Of a stretch of 42,749 bases of DNA, positions 8,315 to 17,002 are shown piece after piece. The position numbers and the translations under genes are program-made. How positions within the stretch are numbered: position 1 is the first letter of the stretch; every line of letters begins with the position of its first letter. Source of the DNA: Anaerolineales bacterium (GTDB taxonomy: Bacteria > Chloroflexota > Anaerolineae > Anaerolineales > DRKV01); the NCBI GenBank assembly GCA_034434095.1, contig DAOTZN010000111.1:1-42749 (forward strand), written 5' to 3'. Under the pieces are notes generated by a model. That model had not been told where the DNA came from. It did no database searches and was given only the letters and a program-made list of their open reading frames with translations.

Positions 8315-8329
8315 TGAAAATAATTTTCA
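8315..8329. promoter_or_regulatory. Fur-family operator candidate, perfect 7-1-7 inverted repeat TGAAAATaATTTTCA
   Basis: Read directly from the sequence. It lies 71-85 nt upstream of the substrate-binding-protein start codon in the divergent region shared with gyrA. It has the same 7-1-7 architecture as the Fur/Zur/PerR boxes of Bacillus (TGATAATnATTATCA and relatives). It is the only such site I found in the window. Confidence 0.55.
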
Positions 8330-8380
8330 ATTGCGGTAAGATTATGTCACAACAAGTACGGTATAATTAGAGGTGCTTTC

Positions 8381-8412
8381 AGCCTCCTGTCTAAGAAATT
8401 GCACAGGAGGCT
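8381..8412 (+). promoter_or_regulatory. 10-bp stem-loop in the putative gyrA leader (AGCCTCCTGT / ACAGGAGGCT)
   Basis: Perfect inverted repeat 8381-8390 / 8403-8412 with a 12-nt loop. The 3' arm contains the only AGGAGG upstream of gyrA. A TATAAT hexamer sits at 8362-8367. Confidence 0.4.
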
Positions 8413-8424
8413 CTCCACGTTCGC

Positions 8425-10896
8425 ATGAGGAAAGATATCCGTTTTATGGAAATAGGTACTGTACAACACGTCGATATTGATGAACAAATGCGCTCGGCGT
8501 ACCTGGATTACGCCATGAGCGTTATTGTGGCGCGCGCCCTGCCCGATGCTCGGGACGGGTTGAAACCCGTCCACCGTCGCATTTTGTATGCGATGTACGA
8601 TATGGGGCTGCGGGCTACCGGCTCGTACAAGAAATCTGCCCGTATCGTCGGTGAGGTGCTAGGAAAATACCACCCCCACGGCGATAGCGCCGTGTACGAT
8701 GCGATGGCCCGCATGGCACAAGATTTTTCCATGCGCTACCCATTGGTAGATGGGCAAGGCAACTTCGGCTCGATTGATGGCGATGCCCCGGCAGCCATGC
8801 GTTATACCGAAGCCCGTATGGGGCGCATTGCCGAAGAAATGTTGGCCGACATCCAACAAAACACGGTAGATTTTAGTGATAACTTCGATGGCTCACTACA
8901 AGAACCCGTGGTGTTGCCGGCACGCCTGCCCAATTTACTGCTGAACGGCTCATCGGGCATTGCCGTTGGCATGGCAACCAACATCCCCCCGCACAACCTG
9001 CGGGAGGTGGTTGCCGCCCTGAATTATGTGATTGAACACTACGACCGGCAAGATGAAATCACCGTAGAAGCGCTGATGAAATTCATTCCCGGCCCAGACT
9101 TTCCCACCGGCGGCGTCATTGTCGGCTCGGAAGGTATTCAGCAGGCCTACGGAAGCGGGAAAGGGCGCATCGTCTTGCGCGGTAAAGCCCACATTGAGGA
9201 GATGGGCAACAGCCGTCACCGCATTGTGATTACCGAAATTCCCTATCAAATCAACAAAAGCGGGCTACTCGAACGCATTGCCGACCTGGCGCGCTCGGGA
9301 AAAATTGATGCTATCTCAGACTTACGGGATGAATCCGATCGCCGAGGGATGAGCATCATTGTAGAATTGAAGCGCGGCGCTTACCCACAAAAGGTACTCA
9401 ACCAGTTGTACAAGTACACGCCACTCCAGTCCACCATTGGTGTACAAATGCTGGCCCTGGTGAATGGCGAACCACGCCTCCTATCGCTCAAACGTGCACT
9501 GCTAATTTATATCCAACATCGTGTTGAAGTCATCACCCGTCGCACACGCTTCCAATTGGATAAAGCCCTGGCACGCGCCCACATCCTGGAGGGGTTGCTG
9601 ATTGCTCTTGCCAACCTGGATGCCGTCATCGAAACCATTCGCCAATCCCCGGATGCTGATGTCGCCAAAGAACGCCTGATGAAGCGCTTCAACCTGAGCG
9701 ACAAACAGGCGCAAGCGATTTTGGATATGCAATTACGCCGCCTGGCGGCCCTGGAACGGCAGAAAATCGAGGAAGAACAGCGCCAATTGGTCGCCGAAAT
9801 CGAGCACTTGCGCAGTCTGCTGGCCGACCCGCACAAAATCCTGGAAGTCATCCACACCGATTTAGATGAAGTGGCCGGGAAATACGGCGATGAACGCCGC
9901 ACTTTCATCGCTGTAGACATCAACGAAGATTTCAGCGAAGAAGACCTGGTGCCCAATGAGCGTGTATTGATCAGCATCACCCAACGCGGCTACATCAAGC
10001 GACAACTCACCAAGACCTTCCGGGCACAGGGACGCGGCGGACGCGGGGTGCAAGGGCATGCGACTCGCGATGAAGATGAAGTCGTGATGATGTTTTCAGC
10101 CCGCGCGCATGATACCGTGCTATTTTTCACCGACAAGGGCAAAGTGTATTCCGAAAAGGCTTACCAGATTCCAGATGCCGGGCGCACAGCGCGCGGCATT
10201 GCCATTATCAACATTCTGAATCTGGCCCCCGAAGAAGCCGTTACCGCTGCTATCGCCGTCCCCGATTTCAACGCGGCCAACTATTGCATCATGGCCACCC
10301 GAAAAGGCAAAGTCAAACGAGTGGCACTCTCCGAGTTTGCTTCTGTGCGCCCATCCGGGCTGATTGCTATCAGCCTAAACGACGACGATGAATTAGGTTG
10401 GGCACATCTGACAAGCGGGGAGGATGATATTTTGCTGATTACCGAAAAAGGGCGCGCCTTGCGTTTCAGCGAGTCCAAGGTACGGCCGATGGGACGAACT
10501 GCCGGTGGGGTGACCGGCATTCAACTGGCGCCCAACGACGCCGTCACAAGCATGGAAATTGTAGAACCAGGTGGAGATTTGCTGATCGTAACCCGACTCG
10601 GCTTTGGCAAACGCACGCCGTTGAACGAATACCCCCAGAAAGGACGCGCCACCAAAGGCGTGCTGACCATTGACCCCAAAGCCCTGCCCATTGTAGGCGA
10701 CATTGTAGGCGCTCGCGTAGTGCAGCAGAAGGACGACCTGACACTCATTTCAACCAATGGCATCGTGCTGCGCACCAAAGTAGCCCAGATTCGGCGATAC
10801 CGACGCGCTACGCGCGGCGTTACCATCATGAACATCCAAGAGGACGATAGCGTGGCATCTGTAGCCCGCATTTGGGAAATTAAAGAGGAAGAGTAA
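8425..10896 (+). CDS. gyrA: DNA gyrase subunit A
   Basis: [33 protein letters not shown], the active-site region [10 protein letters not shown], and a C-terminal beta-pinwheel repeat region. The start is ambiguous between the ATG at 8425 and the ATG at 8446 (MEIGTVQ...). Confidence 0.95.
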   Translation: MRKDIRFMEIGTVQHVDIDEQMRSAYLDYAMSVIVARALPDARDGLKPVHRRILYAMYDMGLRATGSYKKSARIVGEVLGKYHPHGDSAVYDAMARMAQDFSMRYPLVDGQGNFGSIDGDAPAAMRYTEARMGRIAEEMLADIQQNTVDFSDNFDGSLQEPVVLPARLPNLLLNGSSGIAVGMATNIPPHNLREVVAALNYVIEHYDRQDEITVEALMKFIPGPDFPTGGVIVGSEGIQQAYGSGKGRIVLRGKAHIEEMGNSRHRIVITEIPYQINKSGLLERIADLARSGKIDAISDLRDESDRRGMSIIVELKRGAYPQKVLNQLYKYTPLQSTIGVQMLALVNGEPRLLSLKRALLIYIQHRVEVITRRTRFQLDKALARAHILEGLLIALANLDAVIETIRQSPDADVAKERLMKRFNLSDKQAQAILDMQLRRLAALERQKIEEEQRQLVAEIEHLRSLLADPHKILEVIHTDLDEVAGKYGDERRTFIAVDINEDFSEEDLVPNERVLISITQRGYIKRQLTKTFRAQGRGGRGVQGHATRDEDEVVMMFSARAHDTVLFFTDKGKVYSEKAYQIPDAGRTARGIAIINILNLAPEEAVTAAIAVPDFNAANYCIMATRKGKVKRVALSEFASVRPSGLIAISLNDDDELGWAHLTSGEDDILLITEKGRALRFSESKVRPMGRTAGGVTGIQLAPNDAVTSMEIVEPGGDLLIVTRLGFGKRTPLNEYPQKGRATKGVLTIDPKALPIVGDIVGARVVQQKDDLTLISTNGIVLRTKVAQIRRYRRATRGVTIMNIQEDDSVASVARIWEIKEEE

Positions 10897-10925
10897 GTCT
10901 TCTTTGCCCCCAAAAGAACCACACT

Positions 10926-10963
10926 AGCCGCATCCCACGTTATGGGGTGCGGCTTATTTCATT
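10926..10963 (+). terminator. Intrinsic terminator after gyrA
   Basis: 11-bp stem AGCCGCATCCC / GGGGTGCGGCT (one G-U pair) with a 7-nt loop, followed by TATTTCATT. Confidence 0.6.
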
Positions 10964-10965
10964 AT

Positions 10966-11014
10966 TAAGTCGTATCATCCCAATAACTTGGGGGCTCTTA
11001 GCGTTTTTTACCAC
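10966..11014. repeat. R4 element (AAAACGCTAAGAG...AAGTTA core), copy 1
   Basis: Its reverse complement matches 35598-35646 at about 39 of 49 positions. A short CTCT(T)AGCGTTTTTTAC core also occurs at 27609-27626. Confidence 0.6.
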
Positions 11015-11106
11015 AAAGTCTTTAACCTTTTCTTCGTGCTTCGTGGTGAGATTTTTATTGCCCCTATGGTCGGCCTCCCCCTATTTTTTCGAGAAGATAC
11101 ATTGAG

Positions 11107-11208
11107 TCTGCTGCAAAACCTTAACGCGAAGTCGCCAAGACGCTAAGAAAATCAAGCGAAATTCAAAAATCTTGGCGGCTTAGCGTTGAAAAATACCTTT
11201 TTGCAGCA
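11107..11208 (+). repeat. R1 element, full copy with 10-bp terminal inverted repeats (MITE-like)
   Basis: TGCTGCAAAA (11109-11118) pairs with TTTTGCAGCA (11199-11208). Internally, CGCGAAG / CGCCAAG / CGCTAAG recur at an 8-9-nt period, and inverted CTTGGCG / CTTAGCG follow. Confidence 0.8.
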
Positions 11209-11284
11209 AAAGCCGCGGGCATGGGAGCCCGCGCTGCGGCACATTAGCGGAGGCGACTCCCAGGCCGCCGAATGCTTTAGGAAA

Positions 11285-11338
11285 TCTGCTGCAAAACCTT
11301 AACGCAAAGTCGCCAAGGCACAAAGAAAATCAACAGCG
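11285..11338 (+). repeat. R1 element, 5' half copy
   Basis: About 90 percent identical (45 of 50) to 11107-11156. Confidence 0.8.
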
Positions 11339-11345
11339 CACGTTT

Positions 11346-11627
11346 TCAATACATGCTTGGCGGCACTACGCGCCCGGTAGCAATCAGCACAAACATCCCC
11401 AAGGCACACACTTCCACAAACAACAACACCGTTAGCAGGAGGCGCTGAGGAGCACTCATGCCCAGGAATTGGCCGCCCCCACCCCGGCGTTTCCCCGAGT
11501 GAGGAGCCCTGGCCATCGGCTCGGCATAATCAAAGTCCAGCCTGCTTTCGGGTGCGCTGACTTCAGCAGCATTGTCTTCTTCATCATCGAAAAAGACGGC
11601 ATCGTTACGAAAATCATCCAGGTTCAT
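11346..11627 (-). CDS. Small hypothetical membrane protein (acidic N-terminus, one C-terminal TM helix)
   Basis: Strong Shine-Dalgarno (TAGGAGGTATCGC before the ATG). Lies 40 nt downstream of birA on the same strand. LLLTVLLFVEVCALGMFVLIA is a predicted TM segment. No recognisable family. Confidence 0.55.
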   Translation of the reverse strand: MNLDDFRNDAVFFDDEEDNAAEVSAPESRLDFDYAEPMARAPHSGKRRGGGGQFLGMSAPQRLLLTVLLFVEVCALGMFVLIATGRVVPPSMY

Positions 11628-11667
11628 GCGATACCTCCTACGGTCATTTTATCATCAATTAGAAAGA

Positions 11668-12507
11668 TCAAATTAAGCGCAGGTGTATAATCTCGCCTAA
11701 TGAAAACATTTGCAAGCGTCCATCCGGCAGGCGCAAGCGCAAAGCGCCATCATCAGCCAGACCAACCAGCGTACCGGTCACATTGGGCGATTGCGCCAGC
11801 ATCAAAGTGATCCTCTCGCCACGATACGCCAGCAACCCATCCCAGGTTTGCATAAAAACCGGGGAGCCTAACCGAAAACGCCAGGCAACCAAGGTCTTCA
11901 AAATCTCGTATAATAATTTCGATCGAGCCACTCCTTTGCCCAGAACACGCTCGATATCCGTTGCCGGGAAACGCACATCTCGGGGCAGCGCTGCTGGCCG
12001 GACGTTAACGCCCATCCCAACCACGGCATATTGCCAGGCATCCCCTTGCCAGGCTGTCTCTACCAAGACACCGGCGACCTTGCAGCCCGAAAGCAGTACA
12101 TCGTTTGGCCATTTAATTTGTGCGGGCAAGCCATAAGCCTCCCGCAGAGTCAGGGCAATGCTGATAGCACCTAACCCCGCCAGCCGCGATGGCGCGTAGG
12201 CATCATTCGGCCCAGCACGCAACACTACGCTGATGGCCAATGCCGCTCCCGGTGGCGTATGCCAGCGCCGGCCATCCCGCCCACGGCCGGCCGTTTGCTC
12301 ATCAGCAACGACAACCGCCAAATCAGGCGCTCCCTGAGCGGCCCACTGCATGGCTTCGGTATTGGTTGAAGTGGTTACCGGCAAATAGCGAATAGCAGGC
12401 AACCCCAAAGGCTGCAAGGCATTGCGTATGCTCTTTTCATCCACAATTTGGATTGTACCGCAAATTACAAAGGGGCAAATAGCAACAAGGTACCAGAACC
12501 GCAACAC
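11668..12507 (-). CDS. birA: Biotin--[acetyl-CoA-carboxylase] ligase (class I, no HTH)
   Basis: GRGRDGRRWHTPPG motif, KWPND and a C-terminal SH3-like tail. The start is uncertain. The ORF-track GTG at 12507 adds an odd hydrophobic/Cys-rich 21 aa; a GTG at 12444 (VDEKSIRNAL) is an alternative. Confidence 0.85.
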   Translation of the reverse strand: MLRFWYLVAICPFVICGTIQIVDEKSIRNALQPLGLPAIRYLPVTTSTNTEAMQWAAQGAPDLAVVVADEQTAGRGRDGRRWHTPPGAALAISVVLRAGPNDAYAPSRLAGLGAISIALTLREAYGLPAQIKWPNDVLLSGCKVAGVLVETAWQGDAWQYAVVGMGVNVRPAALPRDVRFPATDIERVLGKGVARSKLLYEILKTLVAWRFRLGSPVFMQTWDGLLAYRGERITLMLAQSPNVTGTLVGLADDGALRLRLPDGRLQMFSLGEIIHLRLI

Positions 12508-12530
12508 TTCTTTTAGGAAGACGAGGAGAT

Positions 12531-13439
12531 ATGTCTATCATTACCGCATCTCACATTTCAAAGCGCTTTGGCAAAGTACAGGCCGTTAACGATGTCTCTT
12601 TCACGGTAGATGCAGGAGAAATTTTTGGTCTGCTAGGCCCAAACGGCGCCGGGAAAACAACCATCATTCGCATCATCCTGGATATCTTCCGTCCCGATAG
12701 CGGCACGGTCAGTATCTTGGGCGGCAAAATGAGCGAGGAAAAGAAACGCCGTATCGGGTACATGCCCGAGGAACGCGGCCTTTATCAGGATGCTCCGTTG
12801 GAACGCGTGTTGCGCTACCTGCTGGCTCTCAAAGGTTTACGCGGCAAACTGGCCACCGAGCGGTTGAATACCTACCTGCAACGCTTTGATTTATACGAAC
12901 ACCGCAAGAAAAAAGTTAAAGAACTCAGCAAAGGGATGCAACAAAAAGCGCAAATCATCGCCACCATTGCCCATCACCCTGAGTTGTTGATTGTTGATGA
13001 ACCGTTCAGCGGGTTAGATCCCGTCAACACCCAAATGGTCAAAGACCTGATTGATGAATTGCGCGCCCAAGGGACGGCCGTCATCATGTCCACGCACATG
13101 ATGCACCAGGCAGAAGCCCTGTGTAACCGCATTCTGCTCATCAACCAGGGGCAAGTCATGCTTTACGGCACATTGAGCGAGATTCGTGCCCCCTACATGG
13201 GAAACGCGGTGTTGGTGGATACTCCCCAGGAATTGCCTCCCCTCCCCGAGGTTTCAGCAACCCACCAGCAAAACGGGATCTGGCACCTGACCCTAGGGGG
13301 GGAGCAAACCCCGCAGAGGGTGCTGCAAACCCTGGTGGCGCGCGGCATCACCATCCGCCGCTTTGAAGTGGCTGCCCCCTCCCTGGATGAAATTTTCATC
13401 AACGTGGTCACCCATGAACATGGAGTACAAGAAGCATGA
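12531..13439 (+). CDS. ABC transporter ATP-binding protein (ABC-2/NatA type)
   Basis: GPNGAGKTT, LSKGMQQK and LIVDEPFSGLD, plus a C-terminal DUF4162-like domain. GAGGAG Shine-Dalgarno. Confidence 0.9.
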   Translation: MSIITASHISKRFGKVQAVNDVSFTVDAGEIFGLLGPNGAGKTTIIRIILDIFRPDSGTVSILGGKMSEEKKRRIGYMPEERGLYQDAPLERVLRYLLALKGLRGKLATERLNTYLQRFDLYEHRKKKVKELSKGMQQKAQIIATIAHHPELLIVDEPFSGLDPVNTQMVKDLIDELRAQGTAVIMSTHMMHQAEALCNRILLINQGQVMLYGTLSEIRAPYMGNAVLVDTPQELPPLPEVSATHQQNGIWHLTLGGEQTPQRVLQTLVARGITIRRFEVAAPSLDEIFINVVTHEHGVQEA

Positions 13440-14653
13440 GCACGATTTGGGAAACAATAGTTTACGAATACAAACGCAATGTGCTGCGTAAAGGCTTTCT
13501 GATCGCGTTGTTCAGCGTCCCGATTTGGTTACTGGTGAGCATGCTGGTTGTGTGGGTCATGGCTTCGATAGAAAACGATACAACCCCCATCGGCTACGTA
13601 GACCACAGCGGCATACTGGCACACGCCATCTCGGCGCCCCCCCCATCAGATTCGCTTTACGACCCCGTTCCACTGCTATCATTTACCGATGAAGCGGCCG
13701 CCCGTCAGGCACTGGATGACAAGGAAATCGCGGGATACTACGTGCTGCCGGCCGACTACCTGCAAGGCGGAGCGGTGCGGGTGGTGTATCGCGAGCGCAT
13801 TCGAGATGCAGCAGAAACTCAGTTTGAGGATTTTTTGCGCGTCAACCTGGTGGCCGACCTGCCACCCGAGGTTGCCCGGCGAGCCTTGGAAGGCACGACC
13901 TGGAAGGTCATCACTTTGAACGAAGAAACCACTACCGAATTGGCCAACACACTGGTGCGTACGTTGGTACCCTTCATTGGCGGCATGATGCTCTATTTGG
14001 GGCTGTTCATCGTCAGCGGCTACCTGATGCGCGCCGTGGTTGAAGAAAAAGAGAACCGTACGATTGAAGTGCTAATCACCTCCATGCGCCCAGAATCCCT
14101 CATGGTCGGCAAAGTAGTCGGCATCCTGGGGGTTGGCATGACTCAGGTCATCACCTGGTTGGGGATGGCGTTGCTTGCTTTTTTGTTCATGCAAGCCCAA
14201 TTACCAGATATCCCTGCTCTGGATGTAGATTGGGCACTCATGGGGAAAATTCTGCTCGTGCTGGCTCCCTCCTTTTTGATGGTGTGCGGCCTGATGGCAT
14301 CTATTGGGGCAACGCTGACCGCCACCAGCGAGGGGCAGCAACTTACCAGTCTCGTCATGATGCCGCTCATGCTCCCGCTCATGTTGCTCGGTGTTTTCAT
14401 CAATGCGGTGGACAGCCCGCTGGTGGTGGGTTTCAGCCTGTTTCCGCTGACCGCGCCCTTGAGTATGATTATGCGCTTGAGTTTTGGAGAAGTACCCGCC
14501 TGGCAATTTGGGTTATCCATCGGCCTGCTGACGCTTTCGGCTCTCGGCAGCCTGTGGCTGGCCGGGCGTGTGCTGCGTTTAGGTATGTTGCAATATGGGC
14601 GGCGCATTCGTTTGGGTGAAATCTGGCAGGATATGTTGGGAGAAGCCTCATGA
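13436..14653 (+). CDS. ABC-2 family transporter permease (NatB-like)
   Basis: The start overlaps the ATPase stop. N-terminal TM helix, ~150-aa extracytoplasmic domain, then 5-6 TM helices with VEEKENRTIEVL. Confidence 0.8.
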   Translation: MSTIWETIVYEYKRNVLRKGFLIALFSVPIWLLVSMLVVWVMASIENDTTPIGYVDHSGILAHAISAPPPSDSLYDPVPLLSFTDEAAARQALDDKEIAGYYVLPADYLQGGAVRVVYRERIRDAAETQFEDFLRVNLVADLPPEVARRALEGTTWKVITLNEETTTELANTLVRTLVPFIGGMMLYLGLFIVSGYLMRAVVEEKENRTIEVLITSMRPESLMVGKVVGILGVGMTQVITWLGMALLAFLFMQAQLPDIPALDVDWALMGKILLVLAPSFLMVCGLMASIGATLTATSEGQQLTSLVMMPLMLPLMLLGVFINAVDSPLVVGFSLFPLTAPLSMIMRLSFGEVPAWQFGLSIGLLTLSALGSLWLAGRVLRLGMLQYGRRIRLGEIWQDMLGEAS

Positions 14654-15897
14654 ACAAAGTAATGTTGGTTTTCAAGCACGAAATCATTGCTACCATCAGT
14701 CGTGTTTCGTTTTGGGTAGGCGCATTGGGCATACCCATTTTGGGGTTCGTCATCCTGGGGGTAGCCGGCATCCTCAACAGCCGTGGTGCGCCACCTATGG
14801 CAGAAAATCTGCAAGAACTGGTCTCCCAAGAAGTCGATACGCGCCCCATAGGGGTGGTCGATCCCCAAGGATTCATTGACGTCTCCGCGGACCTGCCGTT
14901 TGCCATCCAATACTATCCGGATGAAGAAAGTGCCCTACGCGATTTGCAAGCCGGAAAAATACGCGCCTATGCCAGCATACCGGCAGATTATTTCGCCACC
15001 GGCAGGGCGACCTACATACAAGAAAAACTCCAGATTAGCGAAAATGATCCGAAGGATACGTTTGAATGGCTCCTGGCCATTAGCATACTGAAGGACCCGA
15101 AACTGGCGCGCCTGGTGCGCCAACCTCTGGCCTTCCAACGCCTGGAAAATATCAGCGAAACCCCACAAGCGGATATTGAAGGCAGCCCTGCCAGTTATTT
15201 CGTACCTTATTTGTTGGGAATGGTATTTTATGTAGTAACGCTTGGCACGGCCACAACTATGCTCAACAGTATGACGCGTGAAAAAGAAAACCGCGTTCTG
15301 GAATTGCTATTGTGTTCGCTGTCGCCAATTGACATTTTGAGTGGTAAAATCCTGGCATTGGGGCTGCTTGGCTTGCTGCAGGCCGTGGCCTGGTTTGGCG
15401 GGGCGTTTCTTCTGGCGGGCATGGGTGCCAATGTGTTGCCTGCTATGCTGGGGCAAATGCATTTGCCGACCACATTGCTGTGGTGGTCGCTGGGGCTCTT
15501 TGTGCTAGGATACTTCTTCAACGCCAGCCTCATGGGCGCAGCCGGTGCCTTGGCCGATAGCACCCGTGAGGCTTCTCAGGTCAGCATGTTGGTTATACTA
15601 CCGGCTATCATTCCAATCATGTTCAACGCCGTCATCATTGATGCGCCTCACAGTACACTATCGATTGCGCTTTCACTCATTCCGCCCACCGCGCCGATGA
15701 CGCTGGTAATGCGCATGGCGTCCACTACGGTTCCCTGGTGGCAGCCGGTGAGCGCGGTGTTTTTGCTGGTGCTCAGCGACTATCTGCTTATCCGGGCAGC
15801 AGCGAACGTCTTCCGAGCAAATTACTTGCTGCACGGCGGCAAGGTCAGCATCCCTTCGTTTATTCGCACGCTGGTTGCCAGCCGACCGCCAGCATAA
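14650..15897 (+). CDS. ABC-2 family transporter permease (NatB-like), paralogue of the previous gene
   Basis: The start overlaps the previous stop. Same architecture, with the TREKENRVLELL motif. Confidence 0.8.
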   Translation: MNKVMLVFKHEIIATISRVSFWVGALGIPILGFVILGVAGILNSRGAPPMAENLQELVSQEVDTRPIGVVDPQGFIDVSADLPFAIQYYPDEESALRDLQAGKIRAYASIPADYFATGRATYIQEKLQISENDPKDTFEWLLAISILKDPKLARLVRQPLAFQRLENISETPQADIEGSPASYFVPYLLGMVFYVVTLGTATTMLNSMTREKENRVLELLLCSLSPIDILSGKILALGLLGLLQAVAWFGGAFLLAGMGANVLPAMLGQMHLPTTLLWWSLGLFVLGYFFNASLMGAAGALADSTREASQVSMLVILPAIIPIMFNAVIIDAPHSTLSIALSLIPPTAPMTLVMRMASTTVPWWQPVSAVFLLVLSDYLLIRAAANVFRANYLLHGGKVSIPSFIRTLVASRPPA

Positions 15898-16095
15898 GAC
15901 TGGGGGGTACCTTCTTGGTATCGGATGACCCATCAAACCACGAAAGCGCCGGTCATAATTGTGCCTCGTGGTGAGCGATGCAAATAGAGAACACGACTCA
16001 CAAATATCTTTTACTGGCCTGACCACGCACATAGGTTTTCGCCAGACACCTGTCTTTTACAACATTACAATTCATTTTTTTGGAGGGCTTATCTT

Positions 16096-17001
16096 ATGAA
16101 ACGTGCCGTAAGCATCAGCATTGGTTCATCCAAGCGCGATAAGGCTGTTGAAATCACCCTGCTGGGTGAGCAGGTGCGCATTGAGCGCATTGGTACCGAT
16201 GGCGATATGAAGAAAGCTGCCGAACTATTTCGCGAACTGGACGGTCAGGTAGATGCCTTTGGGATCGGCGGTGCAGATCTGGGCATCATGGTGGACACCA
16301 CTTTTTACCCCCTGCGCCCGGTGTGGAAAATGATCAAAGACGTCAAAAACACCCCGGTAGTGGATGGCGCAGGCTTGAAAAACACGCTGGAATATCGCGT
16401 TGCCGAGACGCTAGAAGCCGAAATTGGCGATTACCTCAACCAGGTTGGACGGCGGGCATTTGTCACCACGGGCTCAGACCGCTGGGGGATGGCATCTTCT
16501 TTCGTCAAAGCCGGGTACGAGTGCGTTTTCGGTGATCTGATGTTCGGATTGGGCATTGGCATTCCTTTCCGCAACCTGGAAACGGTGCGCAAATTTGCCG
16601 CCGTGGTCGCTCCCATTGTAGGCTACCTGCCCTTCGAGTGGATCTACCCCACCGGTGAGAAACAAGAACAACGCATCCCCAAGTGGGGCAAATATTATCA
16701 GTGGGCTTCGGTCATCGCCGGCGACTGCCACTACGTGCGCCGTCACATGCCCGACCATCTAAACGGTAAGGTCATCGTCACAAATACCACCACCGAGCAC
16801 GATGTGGAACTGTTCACAAAAGCAGGCGTGAAATACCTGTTGACGGCCACACCGGTACTGGAAGGACGTTCCTTCGGCACCAACATGATGGAAGCCGCGT
16901 TAATTGCCGTTTCGGGCAAGAAACGTCCATTAACGCGTGAGGAACTCAACGAAATGCTGGACGAATTGAATATTCGCCCTCAAATTCGGGAGTTGAACTG
17001 A
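16096..17001 (+). CDS. Uncharacterised conserved protein (family often auto-annotated as quinate 5-dehydrogenase; function unproven)
   Basis: GGAGGG Shine-Dalgarno. The N-terminus SISIGSSKRDKAVEITLLGEQVRIERIGTDGD...VDAFGIGGADL matches my recollection of that family. No searches were run. Confidence 0.75.
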   Translation: MKRAVSISIGSSKRDKAVEITLLGEQVRIERIGTDGDMKKAAELFRELDGQVDAFGIGGADLGIMVDTTFYPLRPVWKMIKDVKNTPVVDGAGLKNTLEYRVAETLEAEIGDYLNQVGRRAFVTTGSDRWGMASSFVKAGYECVFGDLMFGLGIGIPFRNLETVRKFAAVVAPIVGYLPFEWIYPTGEKQEQRIPKWGKYYQWASVIAGDCHYVRRHMPDHLNGKVIVTNTTTEHDVELFTKAGVKYLLTATPVLEGRSFGTNMMEAALIAVSGKKRPLTREELNEMLDELNIRPQIRELN

Positions 17002-17002
17002 T

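Noticed and set aside
8245-8424. Replication origin near gyrA
   Set aside because: I found no cluster of DnaA-box-like 9-mers (TTATCCACA or its complement) in this or any other spacer. There is no dnaA, dnaN or gyrB nearby.
8142-8574. ORFs 8142-8330 and 8347-8574 in the divergent region between the metal-uptake operon and gyrA
   Set aside because: They overlap the substrate-binding-protein and gyrA coding starts or the promoter region. They have no Shine-Dalgarno and no recognisable features, and the region is better explained as a regulatory spacer.
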